This document shows, one piece after another, positions 38,549-48,793 of a stretch of 64,000 bases of DNA. Position 1 is the first letter of the stretch, and every line of letters begins with the position of its first letter. The translations under genes were made by a program, and so were the position numbers. The notes under the pieces were generated by a model. That model did no database searches and was not told the origin of the DNA. It saw only the letters and a program-made list of their open reading frames with translations. Source of the stretch: Myxococcota bacterium (GTDB lineage Bacteria; Myxococcota_A; UBA796; SXON01); the NCBI GenBank assembly GCA_040386535.1, contig JAZKFH010000017.1, forward strand, positions 151,968 through 215,967, read 5' to 3'.

Positions 38549-39114
38549 GCGAGCCCTCCCCCTTCAACGCGACCGCCCTCGACGCGACCTCCCTCGACGC
38601 CGGCGCCCTGCGCGCCGCCTTCGACCAGGCGTTCGCGTCCGCCGCCGCCACGAGCGACGCGGAGGGAGACACCTTCCTGCTCCTCCGCGTCGCGGGCGAT
38701 CCGTACGCGTTGCGCGTGCTCGATCTCGCGGAGATCACGCGGTATCCGCGCGTCGTCCCCCTGCCGAGCGCCGATCCCGCGTTCATCGGCCTCACCAGCC
38801 TCCGCGGCGCGATGGTGCCGGTGTTCGCGCTCGGCGTGATGCTCGGCTACCCGCCAGCGGCCGCGCCCGGCGCCTGGCTCGCCCGCTGCGCCCACTCCCA
38901 GGGGATGATCGCGTTCGCGTTCGACGCGACCGACGGGTTCACGCGCGGGGTGGCGACCGCGGCGGGCGGGGCGCTTCGGGAGGGGGGCGGCGGCGACGGC
39001 GGCGCGCGCCGTGACGTGGTGGTGGTGGGCGGGGCCGTGCGCCCGCTCGTCCGGGTGGCGGACCTGTTCGCGGACATCGATCGGCGCGTGTCGGCGCGCA
39101 GAAAAGGGAGTTGA
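38545..39114 (+). CDS. cheW: CheW-like coupling protein
   Basis: [41 protein letters not shown]. Confidence 0.8.
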   Translation: MSEPSPFNATALDATSLDAGALRAAFDQAFASAAATSDAEGDTFLLLRVAGDPYALRVLDLAEITRYPRVVPLPSADPAFIGLTSLRGAMVPVFALGVMLGYPPAAAPGAWLARCAHSQGMIAFAFDATDGFTRGVATAAGGALREGGGGDGGARRDVVVVGGAVRPLVRVADLFADIDRRVSARRKGS

Positions 39115-39116
39115 GG

Positions 39117-40586
39117 ATGGAGCGTTCCTGGTCCTTCGGACAAAAGCTGGCCGCCGGCTTCGCGCTGAACGTCCTGTTCACCGGGGTGGTGGGGCTGGTC
39201 GCCCTCGTGACGCTCGACGACGTGTCCGCCACGCGGGAGGTGGTCGACACGACCGCGCACGGGCTCGTGCTCGCCGCCGACCTCAACGCGGCGATGGAGC
39301 AGAAGAGCGCGGCCGGGCGGGGCTTCCTGCTCACCACCAACCCCGACTACCTGGACCAGGCGGGCTCGGCGCGGGCGGAGTTCCAGGCCATCACCGCCCG
39401 GCTCCTCGACACCGCCCGGAGCGCGGAGGAGCACGCCGTCGTCATCGGCATCCAGGAGGCCGAGGCCGCGCACCAGGCCGGGGTGGAAACGCTCTTCGCG
39501 CGGCGGCGCGGTGACGTTCCCCTCACGGAGATCGCGGACTCCTTCGAGCGCGACATCCGGCCGCTTCGCGTCGAGCTCGCGAAGCGGGTCGAGGTTTTCA
39601 CCGCCCTGGAGGAAGCCCAGCTCGCCGCGGCCAACGAGGTGGCCGACGAGCAGGTTGTCCAACGGCGAACGCTGCTCGTGGGCATCATCGTGAGCGCTGC
39701 CGTGCTCGCGGCGCTCTCCGCCGCGGTCCTGACCCGCGCGCTGACCCGCCAGATCGGCAACGCGGTCCAGCAGGTGCGCAGCTCGGCGGCGGAGCTCCAG
39801 ACCGCGGCGAACCAGCAGGCGACCGGCACGCGGGAGCAGGCGACCGCGATGACCGAGATCACCACGACCATCAACGAGCTGCTCGCGACCTCGCGCCAGA
39901 TCGCCGAGAGCGCCCAACGGGTGGCGCACGTGGCCGGAGAGACCGCGAGCGCCGCGCGGACGGGCGACGAGACGGTCGGGCGGGCCAAGGTCTCCATCGA
40001 GAGCACCAAGCGCCAGGTCGACACCATCGTGACCCACATGCTCGATCTCGGCCGCAAGTCGCAGCAGATCGGCGGCATCCTCGACATCGTGAGCGAGCTG
40101 TCCGACCAGACCAACATCCTCGCCATCAATGCCACCATCGAGGCGGCGGGCGCGGGAGAGGCCGGCCGGCGCTTCGGCGTCGTGGCCGACGAGATCCGCA
40201 AGCTCGCCGACCGTGTGGGCGCCTCGACGAAGGAGATCCGCGGCCTGATCGGCGAGGTGCGCGCCGCCGTCAACACGACGGTCATGGCGACCGAGAGCGG
40301 CTCCAAGGCGGCGGATGCCGGGGCCCGGCAGTTCGAGGAGGTGACCACCTCGCTCGTCCGGATCGGCGGCCTCGTCGGGACCACCACCGAGGCGGCGCGG
40401 GAGATCGTGCTCTCCACCAAGCAGCAGGCGACCGCCGTGGAGCAGGTCAACATCGCGATCGTGAGCGTCACCCAGGCCAGCCGGGAGAGCGAGGCGAGCT
40501 CCGGCCAGACCCTCCAGACCGCCACCGAGCTCGCCCGGCTCTCGCGCGAGCTCACGCAGATCGTGCGGCAGAACGCGAACGGCTAG
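39117..40586 (+). CDS. Methyl-accepting chemotaxis protein (two TM, helical sensor domain)
   Basis: Hairpin tip [35 protein letters not shown]. Confidence 0.95.
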   Translation: MERSWSFGQKLAAGFALNVLFTGVVGLVALVTLDDVSATREVVDTTAHGLVLAADLNAAMEQKSAAGRGFLLTTNPDYLDQAGSARAEFQAITARLLDTARSAEEHAVVIGIQEAEAAHQAGVETLFARRRGDVPLTEIADSFERDIRPLRVELAKRVEVFTALEEAQLAAANEVADEQVVQRRTLLVGIIVSAAVLAALSAAVLTRALTRQIGNAVQQVRSSAAELQTAANQQATGTREQATAMTEITTTINELLATSRQIAESAQRVAHVAGETASAARTGDETVGRAKVSIESTKRQVDTIVTHMLDLGRKSQQIGGILDIVSELSDQTNILAINATIEAAGAGEAGRRFGVVADEIRKLADRVGASTKEIRGLIGEVRAAVNTTVMATESGSKAADAGARQFEEVTTSLVRIGGLVGTTTEAAREIVLSTKQQATAVEQVNIAIVSVTQASRESEASSGQTLQTATELARLSRELTQIVRQNANG

Positions 40587-40589
40587 ACG

Positions 40590-42758
40590 ATGGCAAAGGA
40601 CCTCTACCGCTACTTCCGCATCGAGTCGCGCGAGCTCCTCGAGGGGCTCTCGGCGGGCGTGCTCGCGGTCGAGGCGGGCGCGGGCGCGGACGTCGTGGTC
40701 CGCCTGCTCCGGCTGACACACACGCTCAAGGGCGCCGCGCGCGCCGTCCGCCAGCCCGACATCGCCGAGGATGCCCACGCCATCGAGGAGATCCTCCTCC
40801 CCTGGCGCGCCGGGGGCGTGGTGCCGGCGGACCAGATCCCGGCGCTCCTCGCGAAGGTGGACCGCATCGCGCTGGCGATCGCGGCGCTGGACGATGCGAG
40901 CGTCGCGACACCGGGAGGGCCGGGTGTCGCGGGCCCGGGTGTCGCGGGGCCGCGTGTCGCGGCCGTGTCGGACTCGGCGAAGCCAGCCGTGGCGCCCACG
41001 GCGCCGCTGGAGGAGCGCTTCGACACCATCCGTATCGACATCGCCGAGGCCGAGGAGGTGCTCGTGGGGGTGCTCGAGTCGGCGTCGCAGCTCTCCGCGG
41101 TGCGGCGGGATCTGCAGGCGCTCGACCCCGCCCGTCGGCTCGCGACCGCGCTCCGTGCGCGCCTCGCGCAGCGCCACGCCCGCGCGGCGCCCCACGGCAC
41201 GTCGCCCGACACTGCGTCCCGCGACACTGCGTCCCCCGACACCACGTCCCCCGACACCGCGGCCCTCGCCGTCGCAACCGAGCTGGTGGAGCGCCTCGAC
41301 GACCTCCATCGGCGCCTCGAACAGGGCCTGGACCGCACCGAGCGCGAGCTCATCGAGACCCGCGACCGCGCCACCCGCCTGCGCCTCGTCGACGCGTCCG
41401 CGATCTTCTCCACCATCACACGCACCGCGCGCGACGCCTCGACGGCCCTCGGCCGGCCCGCCACCCTGCACACCGCGGGCGGCGGCGTGCACCTCGACGC
41501 GCACGTGCTCGTCGGCGTGCGCCAGGCGATGATCCACCTCGTCAACAACGCGATCGCCCACGGGATCGAGCCCGCCCGCGTCCGGTCGCTCGCCGGCAAG
41601 CTGCCCGAGGGCCGCGTCGAGGTCACCGTCGAGCAGCGCGGCACGCACGCGTTGTTCCGATGCGCGGACGACGGCGGCGGCGTGCAGGTGAACGACGTGC
41701 GGGACGCCGCCGTGCGCCGCGGCCTGCTCGACGCCGAGGCCGCGCGGGCCTTCACCTTCGACGACGCGGTCCAGCTCCTCCTCCGCGGCGGCATCAGCAC
41801 CACGCCCACGGCGGACGCGGTGTCCGGGCGCGGCGTGGGCCTCGATGTCGTGCGGGACATCGCCGCGCGGTTCGAGGGGCGCGTGCACATCCGCAGCGAG
41901 GCGGGGCGCGGCACGGTGGTCGAGCTGCTCGTCCCGATGACGTTGTGGTCGCTCGGCGTGCTCGAGGTCCACACCGGCAACATCGTGGTGCTGCTGCCCA
42001 TCGAGGGCATCCGGGCCGTGGCGCCGGTCGCGGACGGCGACATCGCGTGGTCCCCGGGCGGCAGCTCCGTCCGCGTCGAGGGAGAGGTGTACCCGCTCGT
42101 GTCCCTCGCCTCCCTGTTCGGCCTCTCCCCGGGCCCCGTGCGTCGGCAGGGCCGCCACACCGTGGTGCTCCTCCAGGCCGGCACGACGCGCTGCGCGCTG
42201 GAGGTGGATCGCCTGCTCGGCACGCGCCGGGTGGTGATGCGTCCGCTGCCGGTGCTCGCGCCGGTGGACGACATCGTCGCCGGCGCGGCCCTCGACGCCG
42301 AGGGCACGCCCAACCCGGTGCTCGACATCGCGGCGGTGGTCCGCCTCGCCCACACCGGGCCCGGCCTCTCCCGCGGCGCCACGCCCGCGCGGCCGGGGCC
42401 GATGCTGGTGATCGACGACTCGCTCACCACGCGCATGCTCGAGCAGAGCATCCTCGAGTCGGCCGGCTACGAGGTCGATCTCGCCGTGTCGGCCGAGGCC
42501 GGGCTGCTTCGTGCGCGAGCGCGCCGTTACAGCGTGTTCATCGTGGATGTGGAGATGCCCGGGATGGACGGCTTCGCCTTTGTCGCGGAGACCCGCGCGG
42601 ACGCCGACCTCCGCGACATCCCCGCCATCCTCGTCACCTCGCGCGGATCCCCCGAGGATCGCCGCCGCGGGCTGGCGGCGGGCGCGCACGCCTACGTGGT
42701 GAAGAGCGAGTTCGACCAGGAGCAGCTCCTGGCCATCCTCCGCGGGCTCGTCGGTTGA
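40590..42758 (+). CDS. cheA: CheA hybrid kinase (Hpt-HATPase-CheW-REC)
   Basis: HTLKGAA, HLVNNAIAHGIE, DDGGG, SGRGVGLDVV, C-terminal receiver. Confidence 0.94.
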   Translation: MAKDLYRYFRIESRELLEGLSAGVLAVEAGAGADVVVRLLRLTHTLKGAARAVRQPDIAEDAHAIEEILLPWRAGGVVPADQIPALLAKVDRIALAIAALDDASVATPGGPGVAGPGVAGPRVAAVSDSAKPAVAPTAPLEERFDTIRIDIAEAEEVLVGVLESASQLSAVRRDLQALDPARRLATALRARLAQRHARAAPHGTSPDTASRDTASPDTTSPDTAALAVATELVERLDDLHRRLEQGLDRTERELIETRDRATRLRLVDASAIFSTITRTARDASTALGRPATLHTAGGGVHLDAHVLVGVRQAMIHLVNNAIAHGIEPARVRSLAGKLPEGRVEVTVEQRGTHALFRCADDGGGVQVNDVRDAAVRRGLLDAEAARAFTFDDAVQLLLRGGISTTPTADAVSGRGVGLDVVRDIAARFEGRVHIRSEAGRGTVVELLVPMTLWSLGVLEVHTGNIVVLLPIEGIRAVAPVADGDIAWSPGGSSVRVEGEVYPLVSLASLFGLSPGPVRRQGRHTVVLLQAGTTRCALEVDRLLGTRRVVMRPLPVLAPVDDIVAGAALDAEGTPNPVLDIAAVVRLAHTGPGLSRGATPARPGPMLVIDDSLTTRMLEQSILESAGYEVDLAVSAEAGLLRARARRYSVFIVDVEMPGMDGFAFVAETRADADLRDIPAILVTSRGSPEDRRRGLAAGAHAYVVKSEFDQEQLLAILRGLVG

Positions 42759-43819
42759 TCGGCGCGCGCGTCCGGGTGCTCGTCGTCGAGGACTCCGCCA
42801 CCGTGCGCGAGCGGCTCTGCGCGGCCCTCGCGTCGCACCCCGGGTTCGAGCTCGTCGGCGAGGCCGCGGACGGTCCCACCGCCATCGCCCTGTGCCGCGC
42901 CCTGCGGCCGGACGTCGTCACGCTCGATCTCGTCCTCCCGGGCATGAGCGGCCTCGCCGTGACCGAGTTCGTGATGGCGTGGTGCCCCACGCCCATCCTC
43001 GTCGTCTCGGCGGCCACCAACCGCGGCGAGGTGGTCCAGACGATGGACGCGCTCCAGGCCGGCGCGGTCGACGTGTTGGAGAAGCCCACCGGCGAGGAGC
43101 CCGAAGGCGCCTGGGAAGCCACGTTCCTGAGCGCCGTCCGCATGGTGGCGCGCATCAAGGTCATCACCCACCCGCGCGCGCGCCTCGGCCTGCGGACCAC
43201 GCGCGAGCCGGCGCCGTCCGAGCCGGCCCCCTCCGATCCCGCACGCCGCGTCGTCGCCATCGGGGCCTCCACGGGCGGCCCCGCCGCGGTGTTGCACGTC
43301 CTGCGCGACCTCGGCGCCGGGTTTCCCCTCCCCATCCTCGTGGTCATCCACATCGGGGCGGTCTTCGCGCCCGGCCTCGTCGCCTGGCTGGACACCAACG
43401 CGCCCATGCCGGTCCTGTTCGCGGTGGATGGCACGCCGCTGGAGCAGCTCCGCGGGCACGCCGTGCTCGCGCCCGCCGATGTCCACCTCACGGTCGAGCG
43501 CGGCCGGGTGCGGCTCTCGGATGCCCCCGAGCGCCACTCCTGCCGCCCGTCGGTCGACGTGTTGTTCGCGTCACTCGCGGTCGACGACGGGCCCGGCACG
43601 GTGGCCGCCCTGCTCACGGGGATGGGGCGCGACGGCGCGGAGGGGCTCCTGGCGGTGCGACAGGGCGGCGGCGCCACGATCGCGCAGGACGAGGCGACAT
43701 CGGTGGTGTTCGGGATGCCCCGCGAGGCGATCCTGCGGTCGGCGGCGGAGCACGTCCTCCCCCTCGATCGCATCGGGGGCGTGGTGAGCGGGCTCGTGGC
43801 CCGAAGGAGGGTGCGATGA
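42755..43819 (+). CDS. cheB: CheB methylesterase (REC-CheB)
   Basis: IGASTGGP, VIHI, RPSVDVLF.S, LTGMGRDGA.G, AQDEATSVVFGMP; TTG start overlaps the cheA stop. Confidence 0.94.
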   Translation: MIGARVRVLVVEDSATVRERLCAALASHPGFELVGEAADGPTAIALCRALRPDVVTLDLVLPGMSGLAVTEFVMAWCPTPILVVSAATNRGEVVQTMDALQAGAVDVLEKPTGEEPEGAWEATFLSAVRMVARIKVITHPRARLGLRTTREPAPSEPAPSDPARRVVAIGASTGGPAAVLHVLRDLGAGFPLPILVVIHIGAVFAPGLVAWLDTNAPMPVLFAVDGTPLEQLRGHAVLAPADVHLTVERGRVRLSDAPERHSCRPSVDVLFASLAVDDGPGTVAALLTGMGRDGAEGLLAVRQGGGATIAQDEATSVVFGMPREAILRSAAEHVLPLDRIGGVVSGLVARRRVR

Positions 43820-45825
43820 GCGAGCGGGCGCTGGTGGTCGAAGACAGCCTCACCGTGCGGATGGATCTGCTCGAGGTGTTGGAGGACGTGGCGTTCACCG
43901 TGACCGCCACCGGCTCCCTCGCCGAGGCGCGCGCGGCCCTCGGCGACACCGGCGGCGGCTTCCGTGTGGTCGTGCTCGACGTGTGGCTCCCCGATGGCGA
44001 CGGCGTCACCTTCCTCGCGGAGCTCCGTCGGAGCCCGGCCACCGCCCACCTGCCCGTCATCGTCCTCTCCACCGAGGCCGAGGCCCCCGCGCGACTGCGC
44101 GGCCTGATGACGGGCGCCGACGCCTACCTCGGCAAGCCCTACGATCGCGACGAGCTGGGCGCCCTCGCCCGCGCCCTCGCCGCCCGCACGCCCATCCCCG
44201 CCGCGACCGTGCTGCTCATCGACGACAGCGCGACGTTCCGCGCCGAGCTCGCCGAAGGGCTGGAGGGCGCCGGGTACCGCGTGCTGATGGCCGTCAGCGG
44301 CGAGGAGGGGCTCGCGATCGCGGCCCGCGAGCGCCCCGACGCGATCGTGGTCGACGGCGTGTTGCCCGGCATCGACGGCGAGACGGTGATCCGTCGGCTC
44401 CGTCAGGACGCGGTGCTCGGGCGCACGCCGTGTGTGCTGCTCACCGCGGCGGAGGGGCGGCTCGCCGAGCTCGGCGCGCTCGACGCGGGCGCGGACGCCT
44501 TCGTCCAGAAGACCGACGCCGCCGGCGTGCTGCTGGCGCACCTCTCCGCGCTGCTCCGCCGCGCCGTGCGTGCCCTCCCGGGAGACGAGAGCGGGCCCAA
44601 GCGCATCCTCGCGGTCGACGACAGCCCCACCTTCCTCGCCGCCCTCGAGGATGCGCTCACCACCGAGGGCTACGAGGTCATCGTGGCGGAGAGCGGGGAG
44701 CAGGCGCTCGCGCTCCTGGCCCACGCCGACTTCGACTGTGTCCTGCTCGATCTGGTCATGCCGGGGCTCGGCGGCCACGAGACCTGCCGCCGCATCAAGG
44801 GCTCGGCGGAGCTGCGCGATCTCCCGCTGCTCATCCTCACCTCCCGCGAAGAGCCCGCCGCGATGATCGAGGGCATCAACGCCGGCGCTGACGACTACGT
44901 CGCGAAGTCCGCGGAGTTCGACGTCCTCTTCGCCCGCGTGCGCGCCCAGCTCCGCCGCAAGAAGTTCGAGGACGAGAACCGCGGCACCCGCGAGCGCCAG
45001 CTCCGCAAGGAGATGGAGGCCACCGAGGCGCGCGCCGCCCGCGACCTCGCCGACGCCCGCGCCGCCCACCTCACCGATCTGGAGCGCAAGAACGAGGAGC
45101 TCCAGGGCGCCAAGGACCGCGCCGAGCGCGAGAGCCTGTTCAAGTCCCAGTTCCTCGCGAACATGTCCCACGAGCTGCGCACCCCGCTCAACGCGATCAT
45201 CGGCTTCTCCGAGCTGCTCGAACAGGAGCTCCCCGGCCCGCTCACCCGGGACCAACGCGAGTTCGTCGGCTTCGTCCTGAGCGGCGGCCGCCACCTCCTC
45301 ACCGTCATCAACGACATCCTCGACCTGTCCAAGATCGAGGCCGGGCGCATGGAGCTCCTCCGCGAGTGGGCCACCGTCCCGCAGCTCGTCAACGCGGTCT
45401 TCGCGGTCGTCCGCCCCCTCGCCGACAGCCGCGGCGTGCGCCTCCTCCTCACCGCCGACGCGGGCCAGCCCCCCATCCTCGTCGATCCGCTGCGCATCAG
45501 CCAGGTGCTCTACAACCTGCTCTCCAACGGCATCAAGTTCACCCCGCGCGGCGGCCTGGTGCACCTCACGGCCGAGGTCACGGCGGACATCCTGTGCCTC
45601 CGCGTCATCGACACCGGCATCGGCATCCGCCCCGAGGACCTCCCCCGCCTGTTCCGCGAGTTCGAGCAGCTCGCCACCGCGCCCGACGGCACCACGGGCA
45701 CCGGCCTCGGCCTCGTGCTCACGCGACGGCTCGTCGAGCTGCACGGCGGCGCCATCACCGTCGAGAGCGAGCACGGCCGCGGGACGACGTTCACGGTGTC
45801 GTTGCCGAGCGGGGTCGGGGGCTGA
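43816..45825 (+). CDS. Tri-receiver hybrid histidine kinase (3xREC-HisKA-HATPase)
   Basis: Three receivers, FLANMSHELRTPLN, NLLSNGIKFT, GTGLGL; ATGA overlap with cheB. Confidence 0.93.
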   Translation: MSERALVVEDSLTVRMDLLEVLEDVAFTVTATGSLAEARAALGDTGGGFRVVVLDVWLPDGDGVTFLAELRRSPATAHLPVIVLSTEAEAPARLRGLMTGADAYLGKPYDRDELGALARALAARTPIPAATVLLIDDSATFRAELAEGLEGAGYRVLMAVSGEEGLAIAARERPDAIVVDGVLPGIDGETVIRRLRQDAVLGRTPCVLLTAAEGRLAELGALDAGADAFVQKTDAAGVLLAHLSALLRRAVRALPGDESGPKRILAVDDSPTFLAALEDALTTEGYEVIVAESGEQALALLAHADFDCVLLDLVMPGLGGHETCRRIKGSAELRDLPLLILTSREEPAAMIEGINAGADDYVAKSAEFDVLFARVRAQLRRKKFEDENRGTRERQLRKEMEATEARAARDLADARAAHLTDLERKNEELQGAKDRAERESLFKSQFLANMSHELRTPLNAIIGFSELLEQELPGPLTRDQREFVGFVLSGGRHLLTVINDILDLSKIEAGRMELLREWATVPQLVNAVFAVVRPLADSRGVRLLLTADAGQPPILVDPLRISQVLYNLLSNGIKFTPRGGLVHLTAEVTADILCLRVIDTGIGIRPEDLPRLFREFEQLATAPDGTTGTGLGLVLTRRLVELHGGAITVESEHGRGTTFTVSLPSGVGG

Positions 45826-45870
45826 GAGCGCGGCGGGAATCGCGGAGGCCCTGGGCGCGAGGGGAATCCC

Positions 45871-45986
45871 GGGCGCGACCTCCGCGCGGACGCGGAGGTC
45901 GGTCCGTTGCGGGCTCGCTCCGCTCGGTCGGCGCGGCGCCGGACCGGCCGGGAGGACCCGGCCGCCCTCCACGGACCTCGCGCGGG
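45871..45986 (+). repeat. Repeat family C, copy 1
   Basis: gggcgcgacctccgcgcggacgcggaggtcggtccgttgcgggctcgct...gccggaccggccggg..acccggccgccctccacg.acctcgcgcgg; near-identical blocks at 51912. Confidence 0.8.
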
Positions 45987-46096
45987 GTGGGGGTGGGCGT
46001 TGGCGGGCCGCAGGAGCGCGCTCGAGCCCACCGCCGACGCCCCCGGTCGCGGCCGCCCCCGTGGGGCCCGACCGCAGGTTCCGAGGGGATCTCCGA

Positions 46097-46301
46097 GTCA
46101 TGTCCCCATGAATGCACGCGGCACGGAGTCATGCCGGGTTGAATGCTCCGATCCAGCCCGCGACCGCCCGCCGGCTGCCAAAAAACCCTGTTGGGTCCGT
46201 GGTGGCAGCCGCAGGCAGCCAGGAGTTGAGGGGCATGAGTCTGATTTGGCGGCGTTCAGGGTGGCATGACTCCGGTTTAGCGGCGTTGAGACGGGCATGA
46301 C
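46097..46301 (+). repeat. Repeat family B (MITE-like), copy 1, with three right-hand motifs
   Basis: GTCATG..TGAATGC motif at 46097 and 46128; inverted copies at the right end. Confidence 0.8.
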
Positions 46302-46383
46302 CCCGGATCTCGACGCGCTCGTGCCGAGGGGTGAGGGAACGGGGGTAGGCATTGAGAGGGCACGCCCCCGCGTTCGGCGCGCG

Positions 46384-46419
46384 GAACGCGCCGAACGCGC
46401 CGAACGCGCCGAACGCGCC
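46384..46419. repeat. 9-bp tandem repeat (gaacgcgcc x4)
   Basis: Read directly from the sequence. Confidence 0.85.
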
Positions 46420-46495
46420 GGATGAGCCGCCCATGCCTATGCACGTCCCTCAAACGCCCGCGCGTCCCAGCAGGCCGTCGCTCCCGAGCCGCAGG

Positions 46496-46679
46496 GTCAT
46501 GTCCCCATGAGTGCACGCGGCACGGAGTCATGTCTGGTTGAATGCACGGATCCAGGCTGACGGCGCTTGTCCCAGCGCGAAAAACGCCGCTTGCTCCGTG
46601 GAGGCCGCGCGGAGCGGTCCTCGATTCGGGCGTTCACGGGGGCATGGCTCCGATTTAGCGGCGTTGAACGGGGCATGAC
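46496..46679 (+). repeat. Repeat family B, copy 2
   Basis: Same ends and central ttgctccgtg..gggcgttca segment as the other copies. Confidence 0.8.
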
Positions 46680-47326
46680 CTCGGACCTCGACGCCCTCGT
46701 ACTCGAGGACTGACGGACATAGGCATGGAGACGCCATCCCCCGAGCTCGGCGCGCGGGCGCCCCGACGGGCCGCCCAGCGGCCACCGAGGGAGACCGTTC
46801 GCCCCTGCCGTCAGGACGCTGCTGGGTTTGGCCGCGTCGACCCGCGCACCCGGCCTCCGTTGGCGGTCGTCGTCCCGACGACGTCCTCGGCGTGGGCCGG
46901 CGGCGGCGGCGGCGCGCGCTCCGCGAGTGGGCGCCGGGCTGGGCGCGACCCCTCCGGCGGGGTTCCGGGTGCGGCCATTCCCCGAGGGTCTACCCGTAGA
47001 CCCCCGGCGAGCGCGTCGACGAACGAACGCCGGGAATGTCGACGTCGGGTCGAGCGGCCTGCCCGCGCCGAGCGCCGATAAACCGCGCGTCGCGCGCGCC
47101 CCTCGGCGAGCCGCCACCCCCTCCGCGGCCGCCCAGCTCCGCGGCCGCCCAGCCGCGTGGCCGCCCAGCGGCGATCGTGCCCCCCGACGAGCCCGCGCCA
47201 GGCGCCCGGAGGTCGGGCGCCCGTCCTCGGGCGGCCGGTCCCCGCCGCCGCGGCGGGACCAAGCGGCTCCGCCGCGCGACCGCAGGGGGCCGACGGGGCC
47301 GCGTCCGCGCGGCCCCGGGGCGCCCG

Positions 47327-47378
47327 TCACGGCTCCACATCACGGCTCCACATCACCGCTCCACGTCACCGCTCCAGG
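47327..47378. repeat. 13-bp tandem repeat x4 (tcac[c/g]gctcca..) overlapping a stop codon
   Basis: Units at 47327, 47340, 47353 and 47366. Confidence 0.8.
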
Positions 47379-47743
47379 CCCTCGATCGCCGTCGTGAGCC
47401 GCCCGCCCAGCTCCGCGAGCGCCACGCCCTCGGCGCGCCCGGCCCGGCATGCCGCGAGCACGTCGTCGAGTTCCTGGTAGTACAGCCAGAGGTACTCGCA
47501 GGCGCCCACGACCAGGGCGTCGGGTGGCGCGCCCAGGGAGAGCGCCGCGTGCAGGAACGCGGTGCCGACGGCGGGTGGCCAGTCCAACCGCCCGAGCTCG
47601 GCGCGGAGCACGATCACCGCGACGTCCTGCGCCTGCGCGACCCCGACGCGGCCGGCGAGACGCCGCAGGCTGCCCGCGAGATCGGACATCACCTCCGCTT
47701 CTGACGAGTCGAGGAGCAACGTCCACGCCGCGTACGGGGTCAT
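47366..47743 (-). CDS. Hypothetical protein
   Basis: MTPYAAWTLLLD...; ATGA overlap with the upstream gene. Confidence 0.6.
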   Translation of the reverse strand: MTPYAAWTLLLDSSEAEVMSDLAGSLRRLAGRVGVAQAQDVAVIVLRAELGRLDWPPAVGTAFLHAALSLGAPPDALVVGACEYLWLYYQELDDVLAACRAGRAEGVALAELGGRLTTAIEGLER

Positions 47744-48666
47744 GGCGTCCACGTCAGCAGCTGCCCGCAGAACGCCGGGATGCCCGCCGCTTCGCCGCCC
47801 CAACGGCAGTTCGCCACGATGACGACGCCGTCCGGGCGGCGCGCGTAGCCGACGATGTCGTGGCGCGGCTCGAGGGGGCTGTGCGGCGGGCGCGTCGTGA
47901 GCGAGCAGACGCCCGGGGTGCCGTCGACACGGCAGTCGGCCAACGCGGTCTGCTTCATGTCCCGGTTGTTCTCCTTCGCCGCCGCCATTCGCGCCTGCAT
48001 CGACGCCGCGAGCAGCTCCGCGGGCTCCTCGTCGCCGTTGACGACGACCCCCTGGAGGCTGTCGAACCCACACACGAAGCCGGGCGCCTGGTCGGCGAGG
48101 AAGGGGTGGCACCCGCGCGGCACCGTGAGCGTGCGGCCGGGAAAGGGCACCGGGTCGGTCCAGGTCTCGAGGTAGGGCCGCAGATCGGGCAGGCCGCCGT
48201 CTACGAGCGCGAGCAGCAGCGCACCGCAGCGGGCCCCGTACGGCGAACACGCGAGGAACTCGGCCACCCCGGGCCGCCGCTCCACCGACGTGGCCCCCGC
48301 CGGGCCGATGAGGCTGCCGGGCACGGTGAACACCTTGAGCGGCGCCCCGCCTGGGCGCGGCACCTCGTCGACAACCGAGTAGTTGACCTTCAGGAGCGTC
48401 ATCCCGCCGTTGAGCACCTCGTCCGCCGAGCCACCGGCGGTCAGGCTCGCCACGAACACCTTGTCCGGACACGCGAAGGTGAGCAGGGGCGGGGCCCAGG
48501 AGGCCTTGCACCCGGCGAGGTCGGGAGGGGCGGGCGCGGGCGCGACGAGGGCGGGGTCGGTGGGCGCGGCCGGGACGGTGACGAGGGCGGGCGCGACGGG
48601 CGCGACGGGCGCGGCGGCGTGTACCCGCGCGGACAGGAACGACGCGGCAAGCAGGGAAATGAGCAT
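47740..48666 (-). CDS. Hypothetical secreted Cys-containing protein
   Basis: Signal peptide MLISLLAASFLSARVHA, Pro/Ala linker. Confidence 0.65.
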   Translation of the reverse strand: MLISLLAASFLSARVHAAAPVAPVAPALVTVPAAPTDPALVAPAPAPPDLAGCKASWAPPLLTFACPDKVFVASLTAGGSADEVLNGGMTLLKVNYSVVDEVPRPGGAPLKVFTVPGSLIGPAGATSVERRPGVAEFLACSPYGARCGALLLALVDGGLPDLRPYLETWTDPVPFPGRTLTVPRGCHPFLADQAPGFVCGFDSLQGVVVNGDEEPAELLAASMQARMAAAKENNRDMKQTALADCRVDGTPGVCSLTTRPPHSPLEPRHDIVGYARRPDGVVIVANCRWGGEAAGIPAFCGQLLTWTP

Positions 48667-48793
48667 CCGGTCAGTGTACCCGGGTCGCGACCCGCGACCG
48701 AGCCGTCCTCGATGAGCTAGTCTACCGGCGCCCGCCCCTCCTTCCCCACGCCGCGCCGGGCCCGCCCGGCACGAACCGAGACGACCCGTACGC

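Noticed and set aside
38847..46101. Very long minus-strand ORFs (1280 aa and 1155 aa)
   Set aside because: Antisense shadows of the che operon, whose plus-strand products carry all the conserved motifs
47074..47081. Perfect sigma28 -10 GCCGATAA (another on the minus strand at 4737-4744)
   Set aside because: No recognisable -35 at the right spacing; the 47074 site also has no co-oriented gene nearby
45826..47365. Numerous short ORFs in the repeat mosaic (likewise 51867-52923 and 57510-58602)
   Set aside because: Translations are low-complexity, and recurring peptides (e.g. HSTRHDSVP) simply reflect the DNA repeat family
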